64,000 nucleotides of DNA from Octopus sinensis (Eukaryota). The translations under genes were made by a program, and so were the position numbers. Below the pieces are notes generated by a model. That model saw nothing but the letters and a program-made list of their open reading frames with translations. It had not been told where the DNA came from and did not search any database. The first letter of the stretch is position 1. Each line of letters starts with the position of its first letter. The DNA is taken from NCBI RefSeq assembly GCF_006345805.1, contig NW_021836165.1:2357-66356 (forward strand), written 5' to 3'. Below are positions 1 through 13,465 of this stretch, piece by piece.

Positions 1-1238
1 TGTTGCCTGGTGTTTGATAAATATCTGGAGATGTTGTACGTACAAGAAAAAACAGATTTGATAAAATCTAGGTGTTAGATAAAGTTAAATACCAAAAAAA
101 TCATTACACTAAAAATTATTCAAGACTGTTCTATATGTTATTTCTTTTTAGAATTCTAGGTTATATTATTAAAAAATTTCACATAATTATTAAAAAATTA
201 AAATATAATAATTTTATTAATAATTCTCAATTACAATATAAATTTAAAATTTTAATATAATTACAGTGAAAACAAAAATTTGATTTGCTATTTATCTGGG
301 CTGATGATAGGGCGTATTATAAGATACATTGACATAGAGATTTCGGAAGATTAAGTCGATAAAAGGAGATTCACTTTAGATAGGACTTATAAAAAAAGAT
401 ATTTCTGTCATAAAAGAAACTAAAAGATAGTTTCAGGTTTAGGGATATATTCATTTTTGTAAGTCGTATTGAACATGTCGGGATATTCAATGTACGCTAT
501 CTTCCGATAATTAGCAAAATTATGTCACTTTGCAAAAATCAAAATCCTAAAACATAAAACAAGTGAATGAATGAATGAATTTTTTATTAAAACGGAAAAG
601 CCGAAAAAAGAGAGAGAAAGTTAATGAGACATAAAATAAGTCAGTTACTCGTTTAAATGGAATATAATTATTTGTTGTTTTTTTCCGGGCATATGTTTTC
701 TAACAAGGATTTTCATAATTGTTCAATTTAAAATCAGCCTATCGTTCGAAAAAATGGCGAAAATGATATTCGGATATATCTTTCATCAGAGAATTTAGAA
801 ATATAAAGATTAGCTGTGCTAACAAAATAATTTTTTAAATTGATTACGCAAAAAATTATTTTGATGTTCAGGGGTATGCAAAACAAAAATGTTTGAAAAC
901 CAGTGTCACTTTGCAGGCCACTTCCAACATTAATGACTAGGACATTTAATGACTTGTTTAATTTTCCTGCCTCCACTCTATACTGGACAATTCTGTCGGT
1001 CCCAAAAGGTTTGACTGAAATGTATTTAATTAATTATAAATTGAATACGAAACATGTTTCTTCCAGTACAGAGCACGGTTGAATACGATTCGTTAAAAAA
1101 ATCAATACTCAATATACCGATTCAAAAAGTTAACTAACAAAATGGAAAACTTTACTAATGACAGAACCTTAAATTTTTTAAAAATGAAGTTTTATATTGA
1201 AACAAAGCTTTCTATAAATTAGTCAAATTATTTACAAC

Positions 1239-2628
1239 CAGGGTTTTTAAAAATCATAATTTTTATTAAGAAAATCAAAAAATCTGATTTGTTTGATTTA
1301 AACAGAATTTTTTAAATTTAAATCAGATTTTTATAAAATAAATGTTTTTTATTCAAAATAAAACAAATAATAGAAATCGTATTTATCTATTTAAATGCTT
1401 GTAATAAAGACTAATTTCGCGGCCTTTTCAATTCCAAGCCTATTTCGTACATTCGAATGTAAGAATCCACAAGTCGAAAAAATTCATTCTATTCAACCTT
1501 TCCAAAAATTTTTTCAAAAAGTGTAATTGTTTCAGTAGGTAACTGACAAAAGTTCAACTCCCACCAAAATATAGGTGATACATTAAATTTAGAACGAACA
1601 TTTATTGCTTTAATGATTCAGTTCTTGCTCTAAAATTAATCAGAGTTTGGAAAGCATATTCATAATGTTCAGCACAATACTCAAAAGCGAGGTGAATCTC
1701 TATATTTGAAAGAGATTTCTCACAACATGATAGGTCCATTATATTCGCAAGTAAGTGGAAAGATGTTAATCAGCTCGAGTTTTCACTTTTTCTAAGATAG
1801 TAGCACATTCATACTCCATATAAGTCTGTTCAAGTTCCTTCCAAATTTCTACAGCATGGCAAATCTTTGTAGAATCATTTTTTATTTTGTTTAAAGCAAC
1901 AGCAATTGGCTTAATCAGCCCAAATATTCTTCAACACGACGTTGTAGGCAAATATTTTGAACTCGAAAAAATATCTGTATCAATGTCAGATCTGTGTTCT
2001 TCACAAATTCTCAAAATTGTAGACCAATTATCCAGATAAGATTCAAAACAATCTGATTAAGTGTTCTAACAAATATCAATCGGAAGAACAAGTTTTTTTC
2101 CTCCAGAAGATTTGTACCATGCAACTGGAAAATGGACATTTCAAAAGTATTTATTTAATTTTACGATGGTTTCTTTAACGTCAGCTACTTCTACATTTTT
2201 TGCAAGGTTTAGACAATGTTCCATAATTTCACTGTTATCTTGCATTATTATCCGCCTCATTTTAGCCATGTTGGCAGCATTGCCCGTCACAAGACTGCCA
2301 ATTTTACATCCAAATATTGCTCGGCAGTCCTCGATCGAGCAATGGACCACCAATTTGATGACGAGAAGGTAAAAGATAGCCAGGAAGAAACATTTAGACA
2401 AATTGAACAAATTCAAGATGTTCTACAGCAGCAAAACGAGTGTTAGTAAAATACTACTCGACTGCCAGTCTTTCCATAAATAATATGTTTATCAAAGTGA
2501 ACTCACAAGGAATCACGCCTTCAACCAGACATTTAATCAATTTAGATAATTTTAATTTGTTTGATTTTTTAATGATTTAAATCATTGATTTTTTGTTGAT
2601 TAAAATCAAATTCTTTAAATCAACTCTT
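1239..2628 (-). mobile_element. degenerate hAT-family DNA transposon with transposase remnant
   Basis: Left end CAGGGTTTTTAAAAATCA, right end ...TTTAAATCAACTCT, subterminal GATTTAAATC-type repeats at both ends. Minus-strand fragments EHCLNLAKNVEVADVKETIVKLNKYF, CFESYLDNWSTI and LIKPIAVALNKI resemble hAT transposases; many stops and frameshifts. Confidence 0.7.
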
Positions 2629-2635
2629 TCATAAT

Positions 2636-3490
2636 ATTCATTGCGGGTAATTTCAATGCCAAAGTAGGCAATCAAAAACAATTAGAACAATTCATGGGAA
2701 GAAATGGATTCGGTATAGGAAACTTATCTGGATGCTTCCTCACGAATTTCTGTCCCTTATATGACTTATTTATATTATGCAAACAAAGAAAAAACTGATT
2801 TTGTGTAAGTAACAAGATCAAATGACAAAATCGATGAAAGATGGCGCCATGTACAAAAACTTGACTCTCTTCTGAGAGACAGTGAGAATATTGTAAGGAG
2901 AAAAATGCTGACATCTGCATTAATGCACAAACTCTGGAATGAATGGCTATCATGTATCAGCGAATGTTCAACTCCGGACAAGGCTTTACAATGCCTTTTT
3001 GAAACCCGTGTTAATTTATAGCTCCTCCACTTGGGGTTACACAGATACGGAACTGACACGTCTTGACAGTTTCCACAGAGGACAATTGAAAAAATTCTTC
3101 AAAATGCAGTGGCCCTATCGAATATCCCGGGAGTCGTTATACAGAAAGTGTTCTACAAGGCCACTTTGCATTAACATTTCTGAATCCCGCTGAAAGCTAT
3201 TTGGACACATACTGCGAATGGACCACTCCGCACTTGCAAATACGGTGATGGAGGATTACTTCCAATGCGACAAACCACGTTTCCGTGGACGCCTACGCAC
3301 TACGTTACCTGTCGTTCTGAAACCGGACCTCGCACAAATCAAATCCTGGCTCAAGACCGGTGATGACTTGGACAGGCTGCGGCCCACAGTCCTTAACCGA
3401 GGAAAATGGAGGAGACTCGTTACTAATATTGTTTTGGGTGTTGCACATGTGGGACTATAATTAATATGGCCCTACAATAAGTGGGTTAAT
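2636..3490 (+). mobile_element. internally deleted RTE-clade LINE (APE fragment joined to C-terminus)
   Basis: AGNFNAKVG (APE motif), then RLYNAFLKPVLIYSSSTW...LDSFHR..L...WPYRIS...LFGHILRM...RGRLRTT...LNRGKWRRLV; (TAA)n-like tail. Confidence 0.8.
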
Positions 3491-4249
3491 AATAATGGTT
3501 TTCCGAACTTTAACGCCGAAAGAGAAAGCATTAGTGTTAACCCTTCATCCATTTATGTTGATGCGTCAAGCATTATCATTAGTCATCAAGAATTAGCATT
3601 TCTCTATGGAGTGGCCAATTTAAGTGAGCGTATTCTCCTAAAGATTATGATCACCTGGTGTCTGGTGTTAGTGTATCAAGCATGATATACGCGATTTTGC
3701 ATACAGAAAAGGCACGTCATCTTGGAGCCTAACTATGTACGGTTTCAAAAGTGAACAAGTCATAGATGTGAAAGGTTGATCCAAGTACAAAAGAGTTTTT
3801 TTTATAAAAAAAATTGGTGCTGTGCTATATGTTGATATTAGACGCTCTAGAAAGTTACGACTCATAGGGTGCAATTTGTAGTAGAGAACGCCAGAGTATG
3901 CGTTAAAGTGAATATTACCATTTACACCTCGGTTGTTGTCTAGCACAATAAGCCAGACATTGTGGTACAAGATAAGATCTCTGTTGAGATACTTATCATT
4001 TATGCACAGATTCAAAATCAATGTCATTTCTTGCGTACTATTTCCAAACTTGTCATGCAGACGGTAGTCGGATTAATTTAGTTAACTTTTAATTATCTGT
4101 TTTTCGTTAAATAAGCATATTCTTTTAATAACGAATTTGACTTTTGTTCGGAAATCTTGTATTGGTATTGTCTAGTTTTGTTGAAACATCCAAATTTTTT
4201 AAAAATTAATTTAATGTTATCAAATATCAGATGACAGAAAAAAGGAGTA

Positions 4250-4860
4250 AATTATATGGCAGCGGTGAAGAGCAGTGTGCGTTGCCACAAACGATAGCCA
4301 GCGGATGCGCTGGAAGAACCAGTAACACTCTCCCGGATCCTTAAGCCTCCTCACAATTGACAACCCGACCTTGTTAAGAAACAAATGAGTGTCCCTTCCC
4401 GCGGTTCCAGGGCAATTAGTACAGCACGGTAGCGGTCCGCCAGGGCTGAATACTTTCCAATTTTATCTTTTTGGCGTGGTTTGCAGCCGAACGAGGGTTC
4501 GCAGTGGAAAAAACGATTCTCGACTTTGAAAACGTATCAACACAGTTACATCCCACAACAGCTCTCCCTGACGAGTAAGGGAATATTGTTATCCCCGTCA
4601 GGCTTTTTGCCGTCCCACTATCGAGTACGACCAGTTCGAGGAGGCAGAAATGAAAACCGGCCTTTAAGATTATGTTGAGGGTTTTGTGTCTGTGTGCCCT
4701 GCCTGCACTTATCTTGCAGGACAGTGGGTGCAGTCCCTTTTCGTAAACAGTCTTATCGCATCTGCAGCGGTGTTCAGCACAGACGTCCAAGCCGAGTCAG
4801 AGAGCGACTTCGATCATCATGGCAGCATCATCTAGCAACGTCCCAATACTGGAACATCCA
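4250..4860 (-). mobile_element. CRE-like (RLE) non-LTR retrotransposon 3' fragment
   Basis: CRCDKTVYEKGLHPLSCKISAGRAHRH zinc knuckle plus GITIFPYSSG..CNCVDTFS restriction-like endonuclease region. Confidence 0.75.
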
Positions 4861-5119
4861 AATTGAATATAAAAAAATATGATAAATTTTATGGTGAAAT
4901 TTGTAGATAATATTGATGTCGAGAGATTAAATATAATTCATCCATTAGGACGGAATGACAATATTTCCATTTTAACAAGGTAAGTCACTCGTGTGGAATA
5001 CAACGTGAACGGAAATTTGGTTGTTTTTGAACATTATCTTGTCAGTAAAATTCTTGGGGTATGCTAGCGTAATTGGATATTAAATTCTAATATGACTTTT
5101 AATGGATTCAAAAATCATA

Positions 5120-5512
5120 TTTAATCGATCTATCTACTTCTTCTCAATGGCTCTCAAAGGGGAACAATGGTCCACGGTGCGAAGCATTGTACTGTCTTTT
5201 GAAAGATAAGAATTTGCTTTTTGCATACTTGGATCACTGCGTCTTTGAAAACAATCAAACAGACTTTTGAGACCATCTAACAACGCGGTGTAAAACTATT
5301 TTAAAGCAAGTTGAATTATGAAATTTCATAAATACGACCTGCTTGGAAACGAACCATCGATCTTCTATGAAGAAAAAGTACAGATTATTTTAATTGTCTT
5401 GACATGGGATGGAGTTGCCTTAAAATTCTTTAAAAGTCACATGGATAAGTTATCCATTGAAGAAGCAACTAGTACATACATTCAGTCGCTTGTGCTGAAA
5501 AGGACGTTCTAG
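5120..5512 (+). mobile_element. R4/Dong-like non-LTR retrotransposon C-terminal (RLE) fragment
   Basis: SSQWLSKGNNGPRCEALYCLLKDKN and MKFHKYDLLGNE...IVLTWDGV motifs. Confidence 0.65.
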
Positions 5513-5659
5513 AGCAGTGATTCTTAACTTGCGGAGCTAGCATGTCGCGAGGAGACTCAGATGAACAATTATTTTGATGTAGAAATGGAAAATTAAGGGA
5601 AGTTTATGGCAAACTCTTTTTCCAAACAAAGAAGAGAATCACTGACTATCTGGATTCTT

Positions 5660-6060
5660 AATTATTATTAAAAAACGTTCACAGAACCATCGAATATAAA
5701 TTAACTAAGGTCCCGTTTGTGCCACACGTTTCAAGATTATATTCACCAAGTCCTACCACTTTTAATTTATAATACTGTCATTCTGTAATCAAACCTCCAC
5801 ACTCTGTGAATTCTCCTAACAAAACAACTGTGGATAGCAAAGGTAACTCCGAAGTGATTGCATTTGGAGTTTAGAAATAGAAGTTGCATCGTTCACATTT
5901 GTCTCCTGAAGAGTGGAAATAGTGACCTTATATGATGTTAAGTCGATTCCTCCCTTTTTTCTTTAAGCCTCGAACGTTAAATTACACCAAAGTGAACAGA
6001 TTATTCGAAACGTGTGAAAAAGACATGACTTTAGAATCACGTTACCGTTTGACCAAGAAA
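5660..6060 (-). mobile_element. short RTE derivative (5' APE start plus 3' end)
   Basis: MSFSHVSN...FNVRGL start; the 3' end AAGGTCCCGTTTGTGCC is shared with 10590-10625. Confidence 0.6.
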
Positions 6061-6248
6061 TAATTCTTAATTAAATAATTTAAAATAGAATTTACATAAT
6101 TAAGTCATAATAAAATTTATCTATTTAGTTCATGAAATTTTAAATTAAAAAAAATAAAAAGAAATAAATTATTAATATCTAAAATTGGTGTTTTGCAAGT
6201 TTTGGAAGGAACTTCGTACTTAAAAATATCAATCTAGTGATTTTTGAA

Positions 6249-7444
6249 ATGTTAGTTTTACTTATATTGTTTTCAGCTACAACTATGCACATAAGTAAGT
6301 TTAATAATTAGGTTTGTTAGATTTGATGATTTGGGAAAATAAAACAATTACTAATGACCCAAATTGCTTTAATTTAACAGGTAAAATTTCAAATAAAATA
6401 TTATTTTTAGAAGTATACGAAGAAGTATATGCCAATCGTTATAAATTTGCAACAAGATTTTGTGGATATACAGAATATCACATTTACTACACGTGGTTTG
6501 GAATTTTTCAAATATAATATAGAATTTCCACACGCAAATTTTTATATTAAAGAAAATGGAAACAAGCAGGCTTGCTTTCAGAGAAAAGATTATGGATATT
6601 CACTTGAGAGTTTTATATTAATGGTTGATATTTTGAATTTATAATTTAAAGATGAAAATGAACTTGATTATGGATATACGTATCCCAACAAAACAGTCGA
6701 TCTAGAAGATGTTAATGATTTTTCGTTCACTTATTGGCTATTCCCAAATAAAGATGCTATTTCTTTCGGTATTTTATATAAGATTAAATTTAGATTTTCC
6801 TTACGTTCTTAAAGAATTCGAGATAATTTACTATCAAAACAATTTTTTCAATTTCTACTTAAAAACAAAAATAAATGAATTTAGTTTTGGCTCGTATTTG
6901 TACTAATATCGACAACTACACACTCGTTGTGAAAATATCGAAACAGTTTCATATTTGTAATATGATTTTTAGATACTGTTTCTATTCAATCATGGAATTC
7001 AAAATTAGACAAACTATTTGTAACTTTAGAATTTAAACTAAAAAACATGGTCTTACGGACACTATTATATAAATAAATCAATTAAAAGAAGTGGAAAATA
7101 TCTTCCGGAGAACGAAGATAATAAAGGCCTTTTATACAGAATCGAGTCAGATTGGATAGAATGGAAACAAAATATTAGTTCCCTAGAAAGAACGGAACCA
7201 TCTTGGATAATAGTACCAAAGATAAAAGAAAAAATAAAAAAAAATTCTTTTGATTGATAATATTTTAGATTTGTATATATCTTTAGTAATATCAACTTTT
7301 GCAGCAATTGTTATCGTTATTTTCATAAATAGTAATCCAATATTTAATGTAATAGTTTTAATATACTGGATCAAAAAAAGAAAAGAAAAACAAATGTATG
7401 AGAAAATAAATAAAACCTTATCTAGATTTTCAATTAATTATTAA
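6249..7444 (+). CDS. orphan type-I membrane protein (signal peptide, ectodomain, C-terminal TM, basic tail), multi-exon
   Basis: ATG 6249 gives hydrophobic MLVLLILFSATT; GT-AG micro-introns at 6295-6320 and 6381-6410. Removing a 24-nt intron near 7332 yields the TM LYISLVISTFAAIVIVIFINILIYWI followed by KKRKEK. Confidence 0.6.
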
Positions 7445-7990
7445 CTATATATAATAAAATTCTGTTTTTAGTTTTGTTTTTAGGGTCTAATTTTTGCAAA
7501 ACTTTTATTTTTTGTATTTTTTAAATTCTTAAAATGTAAAAAATCTTTACAATTGATTTAGTTTAATTGAAATTTAAACTAAAAATAGCATAAAATTATA
7601 AAACTTCTTTTTTTTAATTACTTTATTTTTAATCCGAATTTGGCTCAATAAGCATGTCATTTTGAAAAGTGAATATAAATTAAACATTAGATTAAAAGAA
7701 GGCTGTTCCGTATCTTTTTTATTTGTAATATGGTTATCTTTAAATTCATTAATATAAAAATGTTTGTGTTCAAACTAACGGTATAGTCCGTCGTGCCCTA
7801 CGCTGGTGACTAGGGTCGTTACCAACATTCATGACTTTCAAAATTTGATACTGATAAAATTTTGTAAATGCACAACTTTAACCACAAGTGACAACTACAG
7901 TAAAGTCTTTCATACCCGCCACCCTTTGATAACCGCTACAAAAAAATATTTTTTTTTAATGAAACAAGTATTTAATTACAAGTTAATTAA

Positions 7991-8405
7991 TTAAAGGCTA
8001 GATGGGCGGGAAGCCGACGCGATCGAGAAAGAATTAGAGCGTACTATCGCAAGGGATCCGCTCGAAAAACCATCTCGATTCGCGGGCGTCGCCTGTGATG
8101 GCAGACATGCGGGACCCGATCTCTTGAACGAAGCTGATTGCCTTACTGCCAAGGAACCGGAAGTCTCAACCGCGAATGGAAGGAATTGGAACTTCTCCGT
8201 AAGTGAGGAGAACTTCCGCATCTTTTTGCATTCCGCGGTTGTGACAATAGATCCAGGAGCGGAGGCGGACATCAGCAGGTTCTGAGGCGAGAAAGAGTCC
8301 ACACACGTGGCATCCCAGGTGAGAGGCTTCCCCCTGTTGAAAGGAAACACGGTTATCCCGTCAGGCCTTTTTCCGTCCCCCCGATCGATCCCAGAGGGTT
8401 CAAAG
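7991..8405 (-). mobile_element. CRE-like retrotransposon RLE fragment
   Basis: EPSGIDRGDGKRPDGITVFPFNRGKPLTWDATCVDSFS...FLPFAVETSG. Confidence 0.85.
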
Positions 8406-9559
8406 AACTATCTTTTGATCCAAAAATAATTTATATCCTGAGGAGCTCTTTTTATTTTTATGTTACGCACGTGCTGAAATTTTATGATTTCTTGGTTCGG
8501 AGTTCTGCTGAGAAAATTCTTAATTACATTTCGATAATATTTCCTAATGTAGTCTAAACTTCCTATGAGTCACGGAAATCTGGGCCTTCGTTCCAGAGCC
8601 CTTTAAGTAATTAAATTATAATAAAATATCATACAAATACTAAAATATCATCCTTTTGAATAAGATCTGAATTAGAAATAAAACAGCTCATTTGCCAGAA
8701 TTAACGAATGATTGACGAATTAATTAAAATATTATACCAGACTAAAACTGTCATTGATTAGCTTTTTACTTGTAATTTAATAGTAAGAATTAAATGGCCG
8801 CATGGCCATTTGGATAGTAATCCATAAACTAAAAACTTGATATGACACTAAAAAGCATCTAAAAAGCACATTAAAAGCGACCTTCAGTGGTTGCGGGGCA
8901 TAAAAAAGAAAAGCCTTAATTTTCATACCAAAAAATTAAATTGGCATGGAAAGTTTGCAAAAACAATGAATTATATTTTTATTTTACCAACTTCAAATCA
9001 ATAATATTTAGCTTGAAATTTTTGACCGTTCGAGCTTTTGAATTTCAGTTCAGTGGGAACGTAAAAAATCTTACAAATCTCTTATCTTTAGTTTTGAAAA
9101 AGAGAAGGCTTACGAAAACAATACTTTTCTGACAAAAACAGGAGTTTCACTGAAGGGAAAAACTGGAAAAATAAATTTAAATACAATGAATGCACTTCGA
9201 GGCTAGCTTAACTCACAGAAGGGAAAAACTGCTTCTTACTCTAAAGGTTCTCTTTCCTTAACGTTAACAAACAGGCCAGTTACATCCATTCTCTACATTG
9301 GCTGTTTTACGCGGGAATTGTCTCTCAATCCTGCGAGTTGTTACTTAATAACCGTTTTCCATTTATTATAAATGTTTAAATATTTATAATCGGTATGAAA
9401 TAAACTCTCTCAAATTTGCCATTTTTGGTTCCTGTCAAAGTTGCGACGAATTTAAGAATATAAAATTTCAGAAGTTAATCAATAATTTTAAAATATTTAT
9501 TTAAAACTTCTCTTCAGGTGTAAACAATTTCAGGTGTAAACAACCAATTTGATTTTATT

Positions 9560-10486
9560 TTTTTCTTCTTTTTGTTCTTAAAAGTTTTTTAATCTCCTAA
9601 TTGCTGTAATAATGACAACATGATTTTCGCTTTTAATGTTCTCAAAAAGATCCTTTTAAATTTCACTTAAATTAGATGCTATTTTATTCTTGTTGAAGGT
9701 TCCCACTTCAATAGCTTCTTCATTGATGAATAGTATCTCACATTCATTCAATAATGATGTTATCGCTCCAGCATCTATCTCATTTTTTCAAAATAATTTA
9801 TCAAAATAAATTCTCCGTTTCAATATTATCGTAAATATCTATCTTGAACAATTTTTCTTACAAACCGTGTGAATATATCCGCTTTTTTAAAGTTTAAAAC
9901 AATTTTCGATCGTTATAAAGAATCAATCTTCCTAAGCCATTTTTATAAACATAACGGTGTCTCTAAAGTTCAAATGTTTATATGATTCAAATACCGACAT
10001 TTTCTTTTTTTCAATTATCCACTAAGAAACTCCAATTTTTGTCTATTCAAATTGATTTCTAACTTTTAAATAATTCCCAATTTATGATTTCCAGACATAT
10101 TTGCGTATAACATCACAGATATTTTATCTTTGAAGTTTTGTGTATCCTCCGAACGTAGTCCTACAGATACTTCTAGATTAAATAAGCTTGTAGAATATTA
10201 CAGTTTGATGTATCTGATCCCTGTTATATGACATTAAAAGTTCTTTAAATTCTTCGAACAGCACTTCAATGTCAACACTTTTGTCAATAGACATGATTAC
10301 ATATAATTTCTTCATCCGAAATCCATGCTTTTTCTTAAATTTAGACAAAAATTTATAAGAGTTTTGAAATATTGAAAAAAGCTGCTTAACAAATACTTCT
10401 GCTTTACCTGATATTAATACACCTAAAAATTTAAAAACACTCAGATATACCTTTTGACTGTAACCTTTATACCGCAACATTTGCAC
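9560..10486 (-). mobile_element. pogo/Tigger transposase remnant
   Basis: FLSKFKKKHGF (CENP-B-type HTH), EEFKELLMSYNRDQI...IFYK, KDKISVMLYANMSGNHKL (DDE_1 region). Confidence 0.75.
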
Positions 10487-10549
10487 TTTTATCGACCACC
10501 AGAATCACAACGAAGCATGCTAGTAAAATTACACAGAACCGAGTTTTAC

Positions 10550-10965
10550 TGTTTATTATTAATAGCACGTACACAGAACCGAAGAAATGTTAAATTAGCT
10601 AAGGTCCCGTTTGTGCCGCACGTTCAAAAATCTTGTTCATCACGCGTCTCCATCGGGGTCTGTAGGTCTTCAAGGTCGTCAGCACATCTAAGTTTTTTTC
10701 CAATTCCGAGTATAGCAAAGCCAAGTCCGTAGTGGTTACATTCGGAGTTTAGCAGTATGACTCTATACTCTCCGTAGCTCTCCTCAGCTGCATCCCTTAA
10801 TTTAGTTTCCTTGTATGATGTTAAATTATGTGTCAAATCCTCCCTTTTCAGCTCTTCTTTTAGACCTCGGACATTGAATGACGTCAAAATAAGCTCATTA
10901 TTCAAAACGTGCGAAAAAGACATTTGTTTTAAGAACCACGTCAACAGTTCAACCAAAAACACTTA
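10550..10965 (-). mobile_element. short RTE derivative: APE N-terminus fused in frame to element C-terminus
   Basis: ORF 10624..10962: MSFSHVLN..TSFNVRGL..KETK..HYGLGFAI joined directly to KKLRCADDLEDL; the 3' UTR is shared with 5680-5735. Confidence 0.7.
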
Positions 10966-11539
10966 ACAACCTCTATAATGAACTTACCCCACTTATTATT
11001 TATTAAAAAACATAAATTAAAAAAAGTTTCTATTGTTTTAATTTTCAAATTAAAAAAGTTTCTATCTGTTTTAAAAATGTATGAAAAGTATCTCCGATAG
11101 GGAACTTGACAAATTGTGCTGCCTCCTGGATAAGAGCTTTATACTTGTCCAGAAGATCCTATGTCTGCGCTTCGTTTTTGTACAATCCGTTCTATAACGC
11201 AGGAAATGCTGTACTGTCAAGGGTGGTTTCCTTGTGTGAAGCTTTTCCAAGGGAACTAGAAAGGGCTGTCATGGTTGAGTCATTATTCGCCCCTGCACAC
11301 GTGAATGAGGTGAGCCGGTTCATAGGCCACTGTTTTGAGGTATTAGATCCGGATCACCTTTGTATATATCAAAAAGGTTTGGGTTTAGTTAAAGCCTCGG
11401 CGTTCAGCTCTATTCCCTGCCTGGTTACTTATTTACACCAGTGCGATCGCTGCAATGATTAAACATCCAAAATTTATGTTTTCTAGATCCATCACTCCGA
11501 TCCACAAGCTATGGTTAATGGATTTCTCTTCGCAATAAT

Positions 11540-11911
11540 GCATGAAACATATAGAACAACAGGAGAGACTCCGGCTCTAACTGCACAGGAGTATGCAATT
11601 GAAGGGCAATAAATATGACCTCTCTAAGAACGTCCCATCAGAGAATCCGAGAAAAAGGCTCACTGATGCGAAATATAAAAACTATTGGCAGATAATTGAA
11701 ACTGATGAATACAAAAAGGTGGAACAGGATATGGCCAGGGTGATTAACCCTTATACTTCTTTGGGTGTGAATTAAGGAGAAGAATGTGGTATCACCCTTA
11801 CTTAACTCCCCAAAATACGATCATATCAAATCGCGGGTCGGAAACCAACGGAAAGAGAAGGCTCGTTGCTTGAGGTTTTTACCAATTATGAGGCTATCTC
11901 TCACCCTGACA
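11540..11911 (+). mobile_element. possible LTR-retrotransposon 3' remnant (integrase tail, PPT, start of LTR)
   Basis: RTTGETPA motif; purine tract AAGGAGAAGAA immediately before TGTGG at 11785. Confidence 0.3.
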
Positions 11912-11934
11912 TAACTTTTGCAAGTTCTGAAGGG

Positions 11935-12580
11935 AAAAAATTTATATAATAAAAAAGTATCATTCCGAAATTTTCGAAGTTGACGGGATGACCCTTTTCC
12001 CATTTGAGAGCGGAAAAGTCCTCGTATGGGATGCAACCTGTTGGGATACATTCTCTGCTTCACATCTAACCTCGTGTGCTCTAGAGGCTAAATCAGTTCG
12101 ACTCCCTCGAGCAACCATTTTGTTGTATAGACCTCAAAAATATTTCTGTACCAGTCTTTTGTTCTTTACAATAAAAAATTCTGTTCTGTTATTTGTCATT
12201 TTATAATATTTATCTTGACAAAATAGATTTTGAAATAGAATTCAAATATTTTTTTTGAATTTTTTTCCAAGTCCGAACGTATAACCACCTAGGCTCGGTA
12301 CACCCAATGCCTGTGACATAATAATTTATAAAAATAATATAACAATTTTAAAAAAAGTCTAAAAAAATATAACAATAATGATTAAAATTTGGTAGAAATT
12401 GATCATTTTAGATTTTAGGGCGCTAAAATACAAGATCGCCAAATCCGGGAACAAATAAATAAAAGTTTGTCATAAGAATATAAAGAATAGAACTTTCTAT
12501 CAAATAATAAGGTGAAATTCAATGAATAAAGATAAATGAGAAGATTTCAAATAAGCGATATAAACAGATTGAAAGAATAA
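11935..12580. repeat. duplicated composite block (CRE fragment + PBS + LTR + AT-rich flank), paralogue at ~21125-21790
   Basis: Colinear high identity by eye from TTTATATAATAAAAAAGTATCATTCC to GATTGAAAGAATAAACT. Confidence 0.85.
12096..12318 (-). mobile_element. ~198-bp LTR (12121-12318) followed by tRNA primer-binding site (12096-12117)
   Basis: Minus strand reads TGTCACA...TACAACA, AAA, TGGTTGCTCGAGGGAGTCGAAC. Its complement GTTCGACTCCCTCGAGCAACCA looks like a tRNA T-loop plus 3' end. Confidence 0.7.
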
Positions 12581-12796
12581 ACTCGCAAATATTACAAAAT
12601 GATGAAATTTCAGATAATTTATTAATTAAAAGAAACTACGTCGCAAAATATTCCTTCTAATCCAATTAAATAATAAAATAAAGATTGACCAAATAATGTA
12701 ACAGGACAACAAGGTATGTCAAGAGTGGTCACACGTGCCACAATTTATTATGTTTTCTATTAATAATTCGGTAACTAAAAATTAAGATAATTTTAA

Positions 12797-13465
12797 TTAA
12801 TCACTTCCGATATCGTCAAGCACTGTAGGCTTTTCCATAATTTTAGCGATCAAGTGAGAACAAATGCACAGGCATAGGTTGTCTTCGCCGTAGGGCGATT
12901 GGTGGTTCGGCACTTCAGATGTCCTGATGAAAACACCAAGTTTGTCAGTAATCTTCTTCAGTGTTCGACCATCCTGGTTGCTTAATCGACATCCAAACGC
13001 CGTATGCTTCGAGTTTAGGTCTCCGATAAGAAGGCAGTGAGCGGTATTTGAGAAGAAATCGTTAATCAGACTGGTGCAGGGAGGAAGTTCAGTTTTCACC
13101 TCAAGGGAGAGGAATTCACATAGTGTCCCCTCGATGATAGTGAGGTTACGGACTTGGAGTTTTTCGCAGTAGTAGATGCTCGAGCCAGTCCCAGGCGTAG
13201 AGCAGCTACCCCATTCAAGATCCACTAACCGGTAGTTTGGGATCTGGTAAGAGTCATCTTCCTTGAGCTTCGACTCGTTGACGACAATAATGTCTGGATG
13301 GCCGCTGTTCACCATCTCAACGAAGTCGTGATGCTGTCTCTTTATAGATCGGGCATTCACAGCGATTATATTGATAGTGGCTATGTTGCTGAATTGCTCC
13401 CTTCTAGCAGGAGCTCTTGCAGCATATTCATATCCACTCCAAGTTTGGTCAGGGCTCCTACTCAA
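12797..13465 (-). mobile_element. Jockey/I-type LINE APE endonuclease fragment
   Basis: IIAVNARSI, PDIIVVNESKL, LIGDLNSKHTAFG and GSD(H) APE motifs. Confidence 0.85.

Noticed and set aside
1-1230. Host gene exons at the window start
   Set aside because: Some intron-like signals, but no recognisable protein; the ORFs are low-complexity AT-rich.
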